Origin: Lytechinus pictus
Lineage: Eukaryota
NCBI RefSeq assembly: GCF_037042905.1
Contig: NC_087251.1
Location: 39,434,001 to 39,494,000, forward strand
Length of the DNA: 60,000 nt
Reading direction: 5' to 3'
Shown here: one piece after another, positions 56,201 to 60,000 of the stretch
Numbering within the stretch: the stretch's first letter is position 1
Layout of the letters: each line of letters opens with the position of its first letter
Notes under the pieces: model-generated
Told to the model about the DNA's origin: nothing
Databases searched by the model: none
Seen by the model: only the letters and a program-made list of their open reading frames with translations
Program-made: the position numbers and the translations under genes

Positions 56201-58933
56201 TGGATAAAATGGTTGTTTGTTGAAGAGAACCAGCAGTGCCAGGGCTTCACTCCACAAATGTTTATAATAACCACTTGATCTAATACCAGTAGTTCTAATT
56301 CCATATCATCTAACATCTTTACAGCTTAGCTTTAGTCTACTTTTGGTTCAATTCATTTCATTTAGTGCAGTTTGCTAACTGTCATTTTGTCTCAAGATTA
56401 AACAGTGTGAATGTTACTTCATTTTTTCTCTTTTTTGTTGTTGATCTTGACTAGAATTTGGCAAAAATGGTAATGTTCTGAGTGAGAAATTTTAGAGTTT
56501 TACCAAATGGTTAACTAGACAAATTGGTGCTGACTGGTTCTAGCTGAAGTGGGATTGTATGAAAAGTCAATTCACCTGTCATCACCTCTCTCTCTCCCTC
56601 TCTCTCACTCTTTTAGTCTTCCTCTGCTAAGATCAGAGATCATATACACTGTTGGGATATCCATAGTTCAATTATTGGCTGGTTCATGCTCTAACTTTTA
56701 AGGCAATTAAGAATTGCTAAGTAGATTTTGCAGAGTTGTGTACAGGTTACACAAGAAGTACAGGATCAGCATATGTGCAATTAGACTTTGGTATTTTTGC
56801 CGATACCCCCAGGAGATAGAAAGAGGTCCGACTCTACAAACAGTGCAGGGATAGACTCAAAGCAAGTTCTTAACTGCTTTGTATTTGGCTTTACGTATTC
56901 CCAACCTCAAATCTGTACTTTACACTTTCAGAGGACTTAATGTTTCTTGCTCTCTGATTTTACAGGCACATTGGAAGGCAAGCAGCAGATGCTTGAAGAA
57001 CTTGTGCATCGTTCTCAAACTCTCCAAGCCGCCACCCAATGTAACCGATGTACAGCTCTTCACCAAGCTGGAGTCTCAACTCAAGACTATCATTGCCAAC
57101 TCTAAACATGAGGTGGGGAAGCCCCTTTTCAAGTGGAATCTGACATCAGGGCAGTGGGTAAGTTGGTCCTTTCCGGGACCCCGTACACAAAGATAAGCGA
57201 TCAATCGTGGGGCTGGTTTTACGATTGATTGCGTTGATTATTGTGTGTGATCAGTCATACAAAGCAGCCCCACAATCAATTGCTAAGCTTTATGTTACAG
57301 GACCCAGGGTCCCGTAACACAAAGGTTTAAGATTAATCGTACGCTTGATTTCTACGATTGATTGTGCATTGTAGCCAATGGAATAAATCGTAGAAAAATG
57401 TTCTACGATCATTGCAAAGCTTTGTGTTATGGGGCCTAGGTCTTCACTTTATTCAAGGTCATCGAAGACGGTGGCTATAGATGCACTGTTGACTGGCCTT
57501 ACCCCTCTCATTCCCATGTATATTTTTTTATCCTTTTTTATTTTTCCCATTTAAGTTGTCAAAATAACATGCAAAAGCGGCCTTGCCCTAAAAATATCAA
57601 AATTTACTGCCTACCTCTCTTGGAGGTGTCTTTCATATTTTGTTATTATTTATTATTCTAAAAACATTTTAGCATTATTTGTTATTGATGTATTGTCACA
57701 TTCAAGCAGCTGAAAACTTGTACATTCCCGAAATCTTTGAATCAGAACAAATTAGTCAGTGATAGACAAGAGGCTTCGTGCAGAGCTGCCAATTAGGATT
57801 TTATCCCGTTTAGTAGGATTTTGTAAGGGGAAAGTGACACTAAATACAATTTTCCCTCTAGAAATAGGATTTTAGAAAAGAAACTTATAAAAATGATGAT
57901 TTTGGGGTTTTTTTAAACATTTTTTAAAATATGATTTTAGGCTTGAAAATGGGTTAACAGAAATAAAGAATAGTATTTTTTTTCACAATTAAGATTGGCA
58001 GCTCTGCTTCATGAAACACTTCCCTGTATGCTTATCTGTATTTATCTTGCTGTATTGTAATATGCCTCTGTTTGATTCATATTTTTATCAGGCTACTTTG
58101 GACACCATCAATGAGCAGATGAGGAGAGAATACAGCATCAGACGACAGATGTTGCTGAAGAGACTGGATGTGACAGTCCAGTCCTTTGGCTGGTCAGATA
58201 GAGCCAAGGTAAGGTCAGCCTCGTGAATATAACAATATTATGAGAGACTGGACATTACTCGTAATTCAAAGCAGCAGAACTGTGTTATACTCCGATGGTA
58301 CACATGAAAAATAAGCAATAGATTTTTGACTTTTGTACAGAAATCAAAGTCTTAGAAATGAGATTCTTTATTGTGCCACCGCAAGATGTTGCATAACTTG
58401 CAAGTCATACTTTATAGCTAAAATGATGATTTAATGGTGATGATGATGATGATAGATGACCCTTGATGGTGGTGGTAATGATGAATAATAATGACGATAA
58501 TGTCAGTTGATGATGATGTTGATAATGGTGAAGTAGATGAAGATGGTGGTGATGATGATGATGGTGAAGAAGATGATGTTGGTGATGATGATGTTGGTGA
58601 TGATGATGATGACAATGTCAGGTGATGTTGACGAAGAAGATGAAGATGATGGTGGTGATGATGATGACGATAATGATGTTGGTGAAGATGATGATGATGA
58701 CATTGTCGGATGATGATGATTATGATGATAACAACAGATGATGGTTACGATGGGGATGATGAAGATGATGTTAATCTACAAATATTGTGTGAAAAAAGTA
58801 CATACATGTATGTGTTATTAATATCTTTTACAGAGCAAGGAAAATGAATTTTCCCAGGTGTATAGAACTCAACGGAATAAATTGACCTCTGAAAATACCA
58901 TCACTATTGCTAGCATGATGGCTGCCAGAGAAG
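50285..58933 (+). CDS. FAM98: FAM98-family protein (FAM98A/B-like), first 7 coding exons; gene continues beyond the window
   Basis: Exons 50285-50340, 53555-53703, 54495-54629, 54904-54989, 56966-57157, 58092-58208, 58834-58933. GT-AG, phases agree. Translation MTSLTAQEGDVLDSLDDLGFDGELL ... GPSSPAFTGLVAWLSSQL ... FELELSGLLKELSCPY ... EYSIRRQMLLKRLDVTVQSFGWSDRAK matches the FAM98 signature. Confidence 0.93.
50566..52400. mobile_element. Non-autonomous hAT-like DNA transposon carrying an internal tandem array (FAM98 intron 1)
   Basis: Imperfect TIRs TAATGTTGTAA / TTACAAGCTTA; 8-bp TSD ggtacagg (50558-50565) and ggtacagt (52401-52408); subterminal AATCG/CGATT repeats; internal inverted repeat near 50950 and 52205. 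Confidence 0.8.
51111..52145. repeat. 110-bp tandem repeat, 9 full units plus a partial one
   Basis: aagttcacggcgg starts at 51111, 51221, 51331, 51441, 51551, 51661, 51771, 51881, 51991 and 52101. Confidence 0.97.
52845..53400 (+). mobile_element. Partial copy of the same ~163-bp repeat family as 55114-56114
   Basis: Shares gagtttcaggtcacatgacc, ttcatgaaacttggac and caaggtcaaaggtcatttagggtca. Confidence 0.75.
53767..54153. mobile_element. TTAA-flanked MITE in FAM98 intron 2
   Basis: ttaa|agataaattccagttgt ... gcaactactgtcatttagct|ttaa. Confidence 0.75.
55114..56114 (+). mobile_element. Helentron-associated (HINE/DINE-like) non-autonomous element with ~163-bp internal tandem repeats
   Basis: Subterminal inverted repeats gtctcacctgcat (55118) / atgcaggtgagac (56078-56090), 5' and 3' short hairpins, a (ggc)n tract, T-rich flanks and about 5 internal units containing atgaaacttggacataag...ggtcaaaggtca. 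Confidence 0.75.
57175..57437. mobile_element. Two adjacent ~130-bp palindromic MITEs just after the FAM98 exon 5 donor
   Basis: Each has the form ccgt(a)acacaaag...gatcaatcg ... ctttrtgttay.gg.cc. Related elements lie at ~22075-22230 and ~5901-6160. Confidence 0.72.
58420..58772. repeat. Degenerate (GAT)n microsatellite in FAM98 intron 6
   Basis: Long gat/ggt/gaa triplet run; the Ser- and Ile-rich ORFs here are artefacts of it. Confidence 0.95.
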
Positions 58934-60000
58934 GTTAGTATCTCGGTCTGTTACCTGTCAGAACAGTTTCAAATGATTGCAAATTTTTATTTTTTAAATG
59001 GTAAATTCTCTGTTTTACAACGTACTCGGTAGCTTAATTGGTCTTATGAGGGTAGTGTACATGTTTGTGGTAGCTTCCAAAAGTCAATGTTTTTAGTATT
59101 ATGATTTGAACTTGACATCTAGATTGCGTTCATGACTATGTTCATGACTATGTAAACGTCTTACCTATTCAAAACTTCTTGTTCACTTTGGTCATTTTTT
59201 AAATATTAGGAAAACTAGACTGAATCAGAATTGATTAAAGTGAAAGGAAACATTAGCATAATGATCCAAAACTTATGAAGGGGTCAGACATAGCATATGG
59301 GGCAAAACTTACTAAAAAGCTGCAAGTGAGCAAAATTTTGAACTTTTTAATACAAAAATAAACTTTTCGTGAAAGATTTTGAGGTAATGTTCATAAAATA
59401 ATAACATATTTCACCCCTTTTCATTTCCTTATCTCTCTATTTCTCCTTTTTTGTGTGGTTGTGGACATTTTTCGGGAGTCCATGGCCCCTAAGGCCCCTC
59501 ATCTTTATTCTAGTAATGGTAAACAAATATGAATGGACTCATTTCTGGAGCATGATGCAAACGGAACTAGTAGACCTTGACCTTTTACCTATGTTGCTGT
59601 TTGAAACTAAATGAAAAGAAGTCATGTTTGTCTGAATTTCTGGTTTGAATATATTTCTCACTTTACAAACAATTTCATTTTAGATGCTTCATTTGAGGGT
59701 CAGATCAATCTATTCCAAAGACTGTCTTAGACTTGGACTGTTTAGAAATTAAGACTGGATTCATGAGTATTGCTTGGAATCTGAAAAATGTATGTTGTCG
59801 TTGGTGACACTGACGAAATATGCTCCTGTGACAATTGCTCTAGGCTTTATTTTGTCTAAGATCTAGGGTTAGGGTTGCAATAGGGTTTTATGTTAGGTGT
59901 AGGGTAGGATGTAGGATGTGAAATCCAGGATTGAAGTTTGCCATTCGACTTAGTTCGTCAAATTTATAGCAGAGCAATTTTGCTGGAGCAAATGTAACGG

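Noticed and set aside
58418..58703. Ser- and Ile-rich ORFs
   Set aside because: They are translations of an intronic (GAT)n microsatellite.
59860..59910. Interstitial telomere (tagggttagggtt)
   Set aside because: It is part of a dispersed repeat also seen at ~30195-30265, not a true telomeric array.

Overview
AT-rich, intron-rich eukaryotic (animal) DNA. The repeat content suggests an invertebrate deuterostome, probably a sea urchin (inference). Three genes can be rebuilt exon by exon with canonical GT-AG junctions and consistent phases. PSMC6/Rpt4 (+, 12 coding exons, 23725-33538, 389 aa) is convergent with PSMD8/Rpn12 (-, 7 coding exons, 50097-40021, 264 aa). PSMD8 lies head-to-head with a FAM98-family gene (+, ATG 50285, 7 exons in the window, continuing past the end); their ATGs are only 187 bp apart. 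The rest is intronic or intergenic and dense with MITEs, nested non-autonomous DNA transposons, SINE/LINE fragments, a decayed Naiad-type Penelope-like retroelement and tandem arrays. No protein could be recognised in 1-23 kb. Highlights: two decayed tandem copies of the PSMC6 exon-8 acceptor and 5' half; a Penelope-like element ending at the predicted cleavage site of a minimal hammerhead ribozyme; candidate ARE (CNC-sMaf) sites in intron 1 of both proteasome genes; 24-39 bp palindromes with 7-bp target duplications resembling P/Galileo excision footprints; a two-variant mosaic 110-bp array inside a hAT-like element; and a ~500-bp near-perfect palindrome between the two proteasome genes.
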